This document shows positions 28,741-38,153 of a stretch of 64,000 nucleotides of DNA, one piece after another. Source of the stretch: Thermoanaerobaculia bacterium (lineage in GTDB: Bacteria; Acidobacteriota; Thermoanaerobaculia; Multivoradales; Multivoraceae); the NCBI GenBank assembly GCA_963664405.1, contig OY761158.1, positions 1,824,001-1,888,000 on the forward strand, written 5' to 3'. The notes under the pieces were generated by a model that saw nothing but the letters and a program-made list of their open reading frames with translations, was not told the origin of the DNA and made no database searches. Both the position numbers and the translations under genes were made by a program. How positions within the stretch are numbered: position 1 is the stretch's first letter; the number at the start of each line of letters is the position of its first letter.

Positions 28741-31700
28741 GTGGAATCGCCTAGGGAAGTAGAAGCTCGGCCAGACGGCCGCGCCGCCGAGCTGATCTAC
28801 GCCGATGACCTGACCGGTCTCTACAATCGGCGCTTCCTTCAACGGATCTTCAACGAGTACTGGGACCGTCTCACCAGCGGTGGGCAGTCGGTCTCTCTGG
28901 CGATCGTCGACTTGGACTATTTCAAGACGATCAACGACAGCTTCGGGCATCCGACCGGAGACGCCGTCCTCGTCGAGACAGGGGAATTCCTGCGCGGTTA
29001 CTGTCGTGAGAACGACTGGGTCGTCCGCTATGGTGGCGACGAGTTCCTGCTGATCTTTCCAGGGACCTCCAAGGCGGAGGCGAAAAACCTCACCGAGCGG
29101 CTCACAGACGCCTTCGGAGAAAAGGTCCTCTATTCAGCCGAGACACGGCAGGCTCTCGAGCCCCAACTGACTTTCAGCATCGGCGTGGCGACTTTTCCGG
29201 AAGACGGGGACGACGGAGAGACACTCCTGAGTCAAGCGGACAGGGCTCTTTATGCATCGAAGAGGCGAGGTGGGAACCTAGTCCGGGTCGCCGGTGAGAC
29301 CGACGATTGGCACGACAGAGCTGAGCCCTTTCTCATTTCTCCCTGCGAGGCAACGATCGGGCGGGAGAGATTGTTGGATGACATCGCCGAGTTTTACGAA
29401 AGACCGGCGACCGCGGAGCCTTCGTGGCTGTCACTGTCGGGGCCTCCGGGTATCGGAAAAAGTCGAATACTCGAGGAAGCGGCCAAGATGGGCCCGAAAT
29501 CTGAAGTCGAGCCTGTGTCGATGATCTGCCGATCAGAGACAGCCGAACAGCCCTTCGCCTCCATCGGTCATTTGTTCTCGAAAATCGGTCGCCAGAATGC
29601 TTCCCTTCTCTCGCAGTTGTGGCAAAACACCGATACCGAGCTGTACTCGACTCTTCGAGCCCTCGTAGACGGCGGCCCGCTGCCGGCTCCGGCAGACACC
29701 GAGAATAGGCCGGATCTACCCCCCCATGAAGAGATCCGCCGGGCCTTCCTCAAGGGTTTGGAGTGTCTGGTATCCGAGGGCCGATTCGTCCTGCTTCTGG
29801 ACGACTTTGGTCACTGCGACCCTTCGAGCGCGGAGGTCTTGCGCTCGGCTGTGGGCGAGGAGGGCCTCCGGTTGCGGATCCTCACTGCCCACAGCGGAGA
29901 CGAATCCTCGTACCACGACGTTGGAGCCTCCTTCCTAGCTTCCCTCGGGGAGGCGGCCTGGCTCGAGCGAAGAGAGATACCTACTCTCTCCAAAGAAGGA
30001 GTGCGAGGCCTGATCTCGGGTCTCCTCGGCGATCATCGCTCCTTTCCGGGCTTCGGCAGGCTCATCTTCGAGGCCACCGACGGCAATCCCCTCTTCGTCG
30101 AGGAAGTGCTACGCCTCGCGGTCGCCCGCGGCAGAATCCTGGACACGCAGAACGGACGGCTGGTCCAGATGATGGAGGCGAAAGAGCTTCCCAAAACCCT
30201 CGACGAAGCCATGGGTCTTCGGATGCTGACGCTCGACAAGAGTACGCGGGAGATCGTGTCGCAAGCGTCCGTCATCGGCGACGCCTTCGATCTGTCTACT
30301 CTTGTGGCGCTGCTGGGCCGTAATGAGGGTGAGACGCTGCACCTGCTGGACAAGGCGCAAGCTCAGGGTCTCCTTGCTGGAGTCGCCGACAACGACTTTT
30401 CCAACCTTCGCTTCACGACGAGCTCGTTGAGAGAGACCGCATATAGGAGTACCACTCCGGAGGAGCGAAAGCGGGTCCACCGCCAGATCGGAGAGTTGGA
30501 GGAGTCCCGATCCGGCCCCCACACCCTCAGCAAGGCAAGACAGCTCGCCCATCACTTCTCCCTGAGTGGTGAAGTCGAGAAAGCCCGCCGCTACCGAGAG
30601 CTGGCGAGGACCCTCCGTCAGAGACCTAGCCCGGATGCGCCGGTCTTGGAAGGCAGAGAGAGGCGCCCCCCTGAGGCCGGTCCCGAGGTCAACCCGCTCG
30701 ACCATGGAGGGGCGAGTGCCGGTGACTCCGCAGCCGAGGCTTCGGGAGCCGCGATCTTGGCGCCCCAGCCTGTACCGCAAACCGAACTTACCTCCGAGGA
30801 CCTTCGGATGCTTCTGCAGGCCCACTTCGGTCATGAGCTGAGGGGTACCCTTGCCGAGGCCACCGACCCCATCGCCAAAGGAGAGGAGCATACCTACCGG
30901 CAGGATCTGCTGCGGACGGGCGAGAAGATGTTCCGCGATTTCCTGATGGAGGGTGACCTGGCTTCCGCCAGAAGAGTCGTGCACTTCGTGAAGAGCTCCC
31001 GCGAGCTCGACGGAAGCGGGAAAGAGAGTGGCGGCAGAGCGCAGGACGTTCTGTCACTCCTGGCGTCGACGAACACCTTCGAAATTCTCCTATCGGATCT
31101 CCAGGCCGGGCCTGGGAGCGTCAGCCAGGAGGCCCTAGCCCTGTTGCGGGAGTTCGGGACAAGCGCGGAATCGACGCTCGGCGTGTTCGTCACTGAAACG
31201 GACGATCTCAGAGCTCGGCTGCTGGCGGCCCAGGTACTGAAGGAGATCGCAGCCGACGCGTGCAGAGGGGTCTTGGACCTCATCGCCAGTGGAGATGACC
31301 CCGTCGTCTCCCGGCGTGTCGTGAGCCTCCTGCCGGTGCTCTCGGACGACCTCGTGTCCGAGCTATCTCTTGCCGCGCGGGTGCGAAACGTGGGCGTTTT
31401 TGGCGAAGTCATCAAGATCCTCCATGGACAGCCCAGGGAGGTGCGCTGTGAAGTGCTCCTCTCCCTACTCCGATCTTCGAGCGCAGAGTTGGTGCGGCGA
31501 GGGATGCGCTACATCGGCGAATGGGATCTCAAGGAGATGAAGCTCCAGGTTCTCGATGTGCTCACCGCTTCCGACAGCCCGAAGATCCTCCATTCCGGAT
31601 GCACCGTGGTCGTTCGTTGGCACCTCACGGATGCGATCCCGAGATTGGCGAGCGTCCTGGACAAGAGGAAACCCTTTAGTTTCGGCCGAGCCTACCCAGC

Positions 31701-33681
31701 GGGGGTACGACGAGGGGCCGCTCGTACCCTGACCGCGCTCGGCACCATGGAGGCCTTCGACGTGCTGTCGAACTTCGTTAAAGACAACGACGAAGAAGTT
31801 CGGCGCATCTGCCTTGGTCTCAGTTCGGAACAGTCTCAAGCGGAAAACCTCGACATCGACGACCAGGTACCAGTGGAGTCGTGGTCTCGACGTTCCCGCG
31901 CCGAAGACCTGACGATCGAAGAGCGAGGGGCCGAGGCGGTCAGACTACTCATCGTCGATAGCCACCGTGGAGAAGCCAAGCGTCTCAAGCGTGCACTCGA
32001 GATGAGCACAACGGCTGAAATCGAAGTGTCCCAGGCGGACGGTCTCGAAGATACAGGAGCGGACTATGACGTCATGGTCGTAGGGTCGAGGCGGCGCACA
32101 CAGCTTCAGCCGGAATACCTCGAGCAGCTGTGGAGTAGGAGCCATACCCCCATTGTCGTGATGGCGAAAGACAGCGTTGAAGGGAGGGAACTGCAGGCAC
32201 GGTGCGAGGGCGTACAAGCCTTTATCGAGACCAAGAAGTGGAGTCCGCCTCTCCTCGTGCTCACCATCCTCAACGCACTCTCCGAGCACCGTCTTCTCAA
32301 ACAGCTCGACGCAGCCCAAAAAGAAGCCATCTTCCTGGCGACCCACGATGCTCTCACCGGTCTTCACAATAGGAATGCCTTCCGAAAGGAGCTACGGAAG
32401 GGCATAAACCGCGCGACGCGCAATCGCGAGCACCTGGCGGTCGTTGTTGTCAACCTCGACGACTTCCGAGGAGCGAACAAAGTGCTCGACCGGACCAGCC
32501 AGGACAAGTTACTCAAGATGGTGGCGGAACGCCTCTCGAAGGCTACTCGCAAGAGCGACAGCGTTGCCTGCGTAGGAGCTGAGCAATTCGCTGTCATGCT
32601 CGAGGAGCTGAGCAAAGACGACGGCGGTCCCAGGGTTGTCCAGAAGCTTCGCGAAACCATGGCCCAGCCCTTCGACGCCGGGGAGAGGCAGATCAAACTG
32701 GCCACGCGAATCGGGATGGCCGTCTTCCCGGGTGATGGCAGAGACGCTGACAGTCTAATGACGCACGCAGAGGAAGCGGCGTGCCTCAGTCAGTACAACA
32801 AGGTTCGTTACTTCTCCGGGGCGCCGGACCCCGCGGCCGAGCTTAGTCTTCGCTTCGAGGAAAGGTTTCGGGAGGCTGTGGAGAACAAGGCATTCTCCAT
32901 CCACTATCAGCCGATCCGAGGCACCATCGGCAACAATCTGGCCGGAGCGGAGGCCCTCATAAGGTGGACAGATCCGAACGGCGACTTCATTCCACCCGAG
33001 AAGTTCATCCCCCTTGCAGAACAGAGTGGACTGATCGTCCCGCTCGGAGCTTGGGTCCTGGAAACTGCTTGTAAGCAGTGGCAGGAGTGGCGCAAGGCCG
33101 GTCTCGTTTCGGTTCCGCTATCGGTGAATATTTCCGGTGAGCAGATCAGGAGTCCCGAGCAGGTGGGAAGACTCGCCACTCTGATCAGAGGCCTGGAACT
33201 GCCAACCTCCATGCTTCGACTCGAGATCACCGAACGCACCATCCTGGAAGACGATGAGGCCACAATTGCCGCGCTTACGATTCTCAAGTCCATGGGCATA
33301 GGCCTCAACCTCGACGACTTCGGCACCGGGTATTCATCTCTTCAGCTACTGCGAAGACTTCCCGTCGACAGGATCAAGATCGACCGGAGTTACGTCCAGG
33401 ATGCGGGGTCCGGGTCCGACACAGCGACCCTGACGGCGGCGATCATCTCGATGGCCCACCGTCTCAAGTTGAAGGTGGTCGCCGAAGGAGTGGAGACCCG
33501 ACGACAGTGGGACTTCCTGCGCGAGAATGACTGCGATGAGTTCCAGGGGCACCTCTTCAGCAAAGCCTTGTCTCCGGAGAAGCTGCTTCGGCTGCTGGAA
33601 GCAGAGAGGCGCGTGGCCGACCGGGACGACGACTCGAAGGCAAGAGGAATCGTGAGAGTTGGCCGTTTGAGCGAGGCCTGA
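28741..33681 (+). CDS. multidomain c-di-GMP enzyme: GGDEF - AAA(STAND-like) - HEAT-like - pseudo-REC - degenerate GGDEF - EAL
   Basis: DDLTGLYNRR...RENDWVVRYGGDEF; Walker A GPPGIGKS; LLLDDF; GNPLFVEE; HDALTGL..VGAEQF; AEALIRW, LDDFGTGYSSL, VVAEGVE. Start uncertain (28678 or 28741). Confidence 0.88.
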   Translation: MESPREVEARPDGRAAELIYADDLTGLYNRRFLQRIFNEYWDRLTSGGQSVSLAIVDLDYFKTINDSFGHPTGDAVLVETGEFLRGYCRENDWVVRYGGDEFLLIFPGTSKAEAKNLTERLTDAFGEKVLYSAETRQALEPQLTFSIGVATFPEDGDDGETLLSQADRALYASKRRGGNLVRVAGETDDWHDRAEPFLISPCEATIGRERLLDDIAEFYERPATAEPSWLSLSGPPGIGKSRILEEAAKMGPKSEVEPVSMICRSETAEQPFASIGHLFSKIGRQNASLLSQLWQNTDTELYSTLRALVDGGPLPAPADTENRPDLPPHEEIRRAFLKGLECLVSEGRFVLLLDDFGHCDPSSAEVLRSAVGEEGLRLRILTAHSGDESSYHDVGASFLASLGEAAWLERREIPTLSKEGVRGLISGLLGDHRSFPGFGRLIFEATDGNPLFVEEVLRLAVARGRILDTQNGRLVQMMEAKELPKTLDEAMGLRMLTLDKSTREIVSQASVIGDAFDLSTLVALLGRNEGETLHLLDKAQAQGLLAGVADNDFSNLRFTTSSLRETAYRSTTPEERKRVHRQIGELEESRSGPHTLSKARQLAHHFSLSGEVEKARRYRELARTLRQRPSPDAPVLEGRERRPPEAGPEVNPLDHGGASAGDSAAEASGAAILAPQPVPQTELTSEDLRMLLQAHFGHELRGTLAEATDPIAKGEEHTYRQDLLRTGEKMFRDFLMEGDLASARRVVHFVKSSRELDGSGKESGGRAQDVLSLLASTNTFEILLSDLQAGPGSVSQEALALLREFGTSAESTLGVFVTETDDLRARLLAAQVLKEIAADACRGVLDLIASGDDPVVSRRVVSLLPVLSDDLVSELSLAARVRNVGVFGEVIKILHGQPREVRCEVLLSLLRSSSAELVRRGMRYIGEWDLKEMKLQVLDVLTASDSPKILHSGCTVVVRWHLTDAIPRLASVLDKRKPFSFGRAYPAGVRRGAARTLTALGTMEAFDVLSNFVKDNDEEVRRICLGLSSEQSQAENLDIDDQVPVESWSRRSRAEDLTIEERGAEAVRLLIVDSHRGEAKRLKRALEMSTTAEIEVSQADGLEDTGADYDVMVVGSRRRTQLQPEYLEQLWSRSHTPIVVMAKDSVEGRELQARCEGVQAFIETKKWSPPLLVLTILNALSEHRLLKQLDAAQKEAIFLATHDALTGLHNRNAFRKELRKGINRATRNREHLAVVVVNLDDFRGANKVLDRTSQDKLLKMVAERLSKATRKSDSVACVGAEQFAVMLEELSKDDGGPRVVQKLRETMAQPFDAGERQIKLATRIGMAVFPGDGRDADSLMTHAEEAACLSQYNKVRYFSGAPDPAAELSLRFEERFREAVENKAFSIHYQPIRGTIGNNLAGAEALIRWTDPNGDFIPPEKFIPLAEQSGLIVPLGAWVLETACKQWQEWRKAGLVSVPLSVNISGEQIRSPEQVGRLATLIRGLELPTSMLRLEITERTILEDDEATIAALTILKSMGIGLNLDDFGTGYSSLQLLRRLPVDRIKIDRSYVQDAGSGSDTATLTAAIISMAHRLKLKVVAEGVETRRQWDFLRENDCDEFQGHLFSKALSPEKLLRLLEAERRVADRDDDSKARGIVRVGRLSEA

Positions 33682-33706
33682 AAACCGGCCGCGCTCTGGA
33701 GCGCGG
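33682..33706 (-). terminator. probable intrinsic terminator of the ABC importer operon
   Basis: Hairpin CCGCGCTC-TG-GAGCGCGG (33689-33706) followed on the minus strand by CCGGTTTT; sits between convergent genes. Confidence 0.5.
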
Positions 33707-33713
33707 ACGAAGT

Positions 33714-33878
33714 CTAGACCAGCGTTTCCAAGGTTCGTGCACATAGCTCGAGGTCATTCTGTTCGCTGGCCAGGCGCGGCGACGCAGGCATATTGGGCAA
33801 TATGTCGAGGAGGCGCAACGCCGCCAGCGGGCAGAAGGGGCCGAGATGTGTACGCGAACTTTGGAGACGCTGGTCTAG
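33714..33878 (+). mobile_element. MITE family A, intergenic copy at a stop codon (net +161 bp)
   Basis: CTAGACCAGCGTTTCCAAGGTTCG...CGAACTTTGGAGACGCTGGTCTAG; the right CTAG contains the TAG stop of the ABC ATPase gene. Confidence 0.92.
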
Positions 33879-34855
33879 AGATCGAAATGGCAGGCCACGG
33901 TGTGGGCTTGCTCGCCGGGGGCCGCGACTTCGCGTAGCGTCGGCACCTCGGTACGACAGCGGTCCTCGGCATGGGGGCAGCGGGGGTGGAAGTGGCAGCC
34001 GGTCGGCGGATCGATCGGCGACGGGACGTCACCCTCGAGGACCTGGAAGCCGGAGCGCTTGGTAGGGTCCGGAGCCGGGATCGCCGCAATCAGGGCCTGG
34101 GTGTAAGGGTGTTTGGGGCGTTCGTAGACGTCGTCCGCGCCCGCCGTCTCGACGATCTTACCGAGATACATGATGGCGATGCGATCGGAGACGTGCTTTA
34201 CCACTGCCAGATCGTGAGAGATGAAAAGGTAGGAGAGCCCGAGATCCTTCTGCAACTCGAGCATCAAGTTGAGGATTTGACTCTGAATCGAAACGTCGAG
34301 GGCGGAAACCGGCTCGTCACAGACAACTAGCTTGGGATCGAGCGCGATCGCGCGGGCAATGCCAATGCGCTGGCGCTGCCCGCCCGAGAACTCGAAGGGG
34401 AAGCGATCCAACGAGGTCTCCGGCAGTCCGACCTTCGCAAGGAGTGCGTGGACAAGCTCTTTTCGGTCCTTTTCGGTACCGACCTTGTGGACGACGTAGG
34501 GCTCCTCGAGGATCTTGGCCACGCTATGCCGAGAGTTGAGCGAGTCGGCGGGGTCCTGAAAAATCATCTGCAGCTCACGCCGGACGCCTTTCAGCTCGCG
34601 ACGGCCCAGTTTCACCAAGTCGGTTCCATCGAAGACGACACTCCCGGCCTGGGGACGGAGCAGACGGACGATCGAGCGGCCCAAGGTGGACTTGCCGCAT
34701 CCGGACTCCCCGACCAAGCCGAGGGTCTCCCCCGCACCCACTTCCAAAGCAACATCATCGACGGCCTTACAGACCGCGGTCGCGGTCATGAACACACCAC
34801 CGCGCACCGGGAAGTAGGTCTTGAGGCCGTTGACCTCGAGCAGTGGGGAGCTCAT
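33875..34855 (-). CDS. oligopeptide ABC transporter ATP-binding protein (OppF-like)
   Basis: GESGCGKST, FSGGQRQR, CDEPVSALD and oligo_HPY tail (HPYT, GCHFHPRC). Confidence 0.93.
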   Translation of the reverse strand: MSSPLLEVNGLKTYFPVRGGVFMTATAVCKAVDDVALEVGAGETLGLVGESGCGKSTLGRSIVRLLRPQAGSVVFDGTDLVKLGRRELKGVRRELQMIFQDPADSLNSRHSVAKILEEPYVVHKVGTEKDRKELVHALLAKVGLPETSLDRFPFEFSGGQRQRIGIARAIALDPKLVVCDEPVSALDVSIQSQILNLMLELQKDLGLSYLFISHDLAVVKHVSDRIAIMYLGKIVETAGADDVYERPKHPYTQALIAAIPAPDPTKRSGFQVLEGDVPSPIDPPTGCHFHPRCPHAEDRCRTEVPTLREVAAPGEQAHTVACHFDL

Positions 34856-35907
34856 GCGTCGCCGTCTCTCCGCGTGCCGGCGATCTCCCGCCAGCGAAAG
34901 CAGCTGACCTGGTGATCTCCCTCCACCACCTGGAGCTCGGGCAGCTCCGCGGCGCAGCGCTCTTCGCGGTGCGGACAGCGATTCTCGAAACGACAGCCCG
35001 AGGGCAGGTCCAGCAGGCCCGGCACCATACCCTCGATCGTGTGAAGAGGCTGTTTGCGCGGATTTTCCAATCGGGGAATGGCCTCGAGTAGGCCGCGCGT
35101 GTAGGGATGACGCGGCTCGGCAAAGATCTCTTCTACCGACCCGGTCTCGGCGATGCGCCCCGCATACATGACCACCACGTCATCGCAGGTCTGAGCGATC
35201 ACTCCCAGATCGTGAGTAATGAGGAGGATCGACAGCCCCATCTCTTCTTGCAAGTCGCTCATCAGCTTCAAGACCTGAGCCTGGATGGTCACATCCAACG
35301 CGGTGGTCGGCTCGTCGGCGATGATGAGAGCTGGGCTATTGGCCAGCGCGATGGCGATCACTACGCGCTGGCGCATGCCGCCGGACAGCTGATGAGGGTA
35401 CTCGGCGTAACGGATCTCCGGCGACGGGATGCCGACCTGCCCCAGTAGCTCGATCGACCTGCGCATTGCATCCTGCGCTGTCAGGTCCTGATGCAACAGC
35501 AGCGCCTCGGAAAGCTGTCGACCTACCGGGTGCACCGGATTGAGCGCCGTCATCGGCTCCTGGAAGATCATGCCGATGCGAGCGCCGCGGATCTTTCCCA
35601 TCTCCTCCAGAGACAGATCGAGCAGATTCTCGCCGTCGAGGAGCACTTCGCCACCCAGAATCTGCCCCATGGGCTGGGGCAGAAGACGTGTGATCGAAAG
35701 TGCGGTGACCGTCTTGCCACAGCCCGACTCCCCCACCAAGCCAACCGTCTTGCCGCGAGCGACTTTGAAACTGACGCCGTCGACAGCGTTCACCCGCCCC
35801 ACATCGGTGTCGAAGGCGGTGACCAGGTTGCGCACCTCGAGAAGATCGTCCGAGGTGGCGCTCCGATCTGCGGTTGCGTCACTCACTCCCGGGCCGGTAC
35901 TTGTCAT
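34852..35907 (-). CDS. oligopeptide ABC transporter ATP-binding protein (OppD-like)
   Basis: [29 protein letters not shown] and GCRFENRC. Confidence 0.93.
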   Translation of the reverse strand: MTSTGPGVSDATADRSATSDDLLEVRNLVTAFDTDVGRVNAVDGVSFKVARGKTVGLVGESGCGKTVTALSITRLLPQPMGQILGGEVLLDGENLLDLSLEEMGKIRGARIGMIFQEPMTALNPVHPVGRQLSEALLLHQDLTAQDAMRRSIELLGQVGIPSPEIRYAEYPHQLSGGMRQRVVIAIALANSPALIIADEPTTALDVTIQAQVLKLMSDLQEEMGLSILLITHDLGVIAQTCDDVVVMYAGRIAETGSVEEIFAEPRHPYTRGLLEAIPRLENPRKQPLHTIEGMVPGLLDLPSGCRFENRCPHREERCAAELPELQVVEGDHQVSCFRWREIAGTRRDGDA

Positions 35908-38143
35908 AGGTGAAGACGCCGGGCGGGAATGTCTTCCCTGACCGCTTCGCCGCCCGGGTCTCTTCCTTCAAATCCTCGTCGATCCAGTGCACCCAGTGAT
36001 CCTCGTAGTGGCCGGCCAGCTTCACACTGAAATCGTCGGGCCAACCCACCCAGCGCCACGACCCCATGCGCAGAAAGGGCTGCACGAAGCCGGGAATGAA
36101 GATCGCCGCTTCGTCGACGATCTCCTCCATCTGACGCGACAGCTCGAGCATCTCCCCTGCATCGTCCGAGCCACGATAACGCTCGATCAGCGGATCGAGC
36201 TCACGGCTGGCGAAGGAGTGAAGGTTGTTGGTCTGGGTCTTGACCTTGCGTTCCGGGTTCACAGACCCGTCGGCAAGAAACGCTTTATCGTAGGCGTTCA
36301 CCGAATGGTAGGTCTCCCAGTAACGCGGGTACATCTCCGGACTGACCGCGAAAGCGGTGAAGACGAGATCGTGCTTCTTCTCTTGCGCCTTCTTGAACGC
36401 AGCGGTGGCGTCGAGGACCTCGAGCCGGTACTCCAGACCCGCCTGCGCTGCTTCTTCTCTCAGGATGGTGAGGATGTCCTTGAAGCTCTGGTAACCGGTG
36501 GTCAAGGTAAAAGAGAGGCGCTGCCCTTGGGCGTTGACCAGGATGCCGTCAGACCCACGCTCGTGGAACCCGGCCTTGGCAAAGCTCTCGAGGGCTTTCT
36601 CGACCGAGTAGGAGCGAGCCTCGAGCGTAGGATGAGTGAACTCTCCGTACCCATCCGAGGAGGTCCGCATGCGGGTGTAGGCACCGCGGAAGTACTTTTC
36701 GATCACCAAGTCCCAGTTGGTGGCGAAGTGGAGACCCTGGCGAATGTCGCGGTCCTCCAGCAGCGGCTGCGCCGTGTTGATCCAGAGTCCCCAAGTCGGC
36801 CGCGGGACGTCGTTATAGAACTCGTGCTTGTGAACATAGCCGTCCCGAACCAGAGGATGGTCGTCGGCGAGCTTGTCGTACCAATACTCGGGCTCTCGCA
36901 TCCGCGAACTATCCAGCTCCCCACGCTTGAACACCTCGAAGGCCTTCGCTTTGTCGCGAATGATCACGAAGTGAATGCGCTCGGGGTTGAACCTGTAGCG
37001 CCAGAACTTGTTCTCCCTCGCCCACCAGTTGTCGACGTGGGTGAAGGTGAGCGATCGTCCTTTGTGAATGTTCTCTGGACGGATCTCATAGGCACCCGTT
37101 GTCGGCATGAAACGCCACTGATAACGGTCGACGAAATCGTCGCCTAGACTCTTGAAGAAGTGCCGCGGAAGAGGCCGTAGCTCGAGGACGCGAGCGTTCA
37201 TGTCGGGCTTGGCCTCGGGCACCGAGACCGAGAAAGTGAGCTCGTCGTAGCGGGCTACCTCGGTGAAGTTGCGGTTGAAGAAATTGTTCGAATACGGCGC
37301 ACGGATGTATTTCGACTGGTAGAAGAAGAACGCGAAGAGAGCATCATCGGTGGTGACCGGATGCCCGTCCGACCAGCGAGCAGCGGGGTTGAGTCGGACA
37401 TACACCGTTCTCGTCTCGCGATCGATCGCCCACTCCTTCGCCAAGGCGGGGTAGTAGCGGTGCCCGTTGGGCCCGATATTGGTTACATTGGGATGGCGTT
37501 GGCCATAGGTGTAGAGCGTTTCGTCCTGTAGATAGCTGCGGAACGAGCCGTTGGCATCGGGGCCAACGGTACGTAGGGTGCGCGGAAAATCCGCCAGCGC
37601 CATAAATAGGGTGCCGCCCCTCTTGGCCTCCGAAGACCCGATATCGGGCAGGTCCATTCCGTCGTCCCATTCGAGGTCGGCGGGAATGTCCTCCGGTGTC
37701 CCGAAGCGAAAGAGCTTGGGAAACTCTCCTGCCGCCTGCCGCGAGTCGAGCTCCTCCTGGGTGATCTCTCCGCGCTCGAAGGCCTCGCGTACTCGAGGAG
37801 GCATCGAGACCTTGGTGCGGTAGAACTCCTCGATCTCCGCGGTGTTGTCTCTCCCTAGGTCGGGAAAGTCCATGTCTGCGCCCGCGTCGCCTGCTCCACA
37901 ACCGATCAGGAATGACCCCAGCGACACCGCCGAGATGAAGGTCCAGAGCGCTAGACCAGCGTTTCCAAAGTTCGCGCACATATCTCGGGCCCTTCTGCCC
38001 GCTGGCGTCGTTTCGCCTCCTCGACATATTGCCCAATATGCCTGCGTCAGCGCGCCTAGCCAGCGAACAGAATGCCCTCGAGCTATGCAGCACGAACTTC
38101 GGAAACGCTGGTCTAGATCTCGATTTGGCATTTGTGCCCTCAT
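35879..38143 (-). CDS. family-5 extracellular solute-binding lipoprotein (YejA-like) with a 54-aa in-frame MITE insert in its signal peptide
   Basis: AKRGGTL, ARWSDGHPVT.DD, TGAY, NTAQPLLEDRDIRQ. Removing the insert gives MRAQMPNRDLALWTFISAVSLGSFLIGC (lipobox). Confidence 0.85.
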   Translation of the reverse strand: MRAQMPNRDLDQRFRSSCCIARGHSVRWLGALTQAYWAICRGGETTPAGRRARDMCANFGNAGLALWTFISAVSLGSFLIGCGAGDAGADMDFPDLGRDNTAEIEEFYRTKVSMPPRVREAFERGEITQEELDSRQAAGEFPKLFRFGTPEDIPADLEWDDGMDLPDIGSSEAKRGGTLFMALADFPRTLRTVGPDANGSFRSYLQDETLYTYGQRHPNVTNIGPNGHRYYPALAKEWAIDRETRTVYVRLNPAARWSDGHPVTTDDALFAFFFYQSKYIRAPYSNNFFNRNFTEVARYDELTFSVSVPEAKPDMNARVLELRPLPRHFFKSLGDDFVDRYQWRFMPTTGAYEIRPENIHKGRSLTFTHVDNWWARENKFWRYRFNPERIHFVIIRDKAKAFEVFKRGELDSSRMREPEYWYDKLADDHPLVRDGYVHKHEFYNDVPRPTWGLWINTAQPLLEDRDIRQGLHFATNWDLVIEKYFRGAYTRMRTSSDGYGEFTHPTLEARSYSVEKALESFAKAGFHERGSDGILVNAQGQRLSFTLTTGYQSFKDILTILREEAAQAGLEYRLEVLDATAAFKKAQEKKHDLVFTAFAVSPEMYPRYWETYHSVNAYDKAFLADGSVNPERKVKTQTNNLHSFASRELDPLIERYRGSDDAGEMLELSRQMEEIVDEAAIFIPGFVQPFLRMGSWRWVGWPDDFSVKLAGHYEDHWVHWIDEDLKEETRAAKRSGKTFPPGVFTYDKYRPGSE
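37951..38116 (-). mobile_element. MITE family A, full copy, net +162 bp (54 codons), in frame in a coding sequence
   Basis: CTAG at both ends, ~21-bp TIR GACCAGCGTTTCC(A/G)AAGTTCG, central CATATTG-GG-CAATATG hairpin. Confidence 0.93.
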
Positions 38144-38153
38144 AGGTCGCCAG

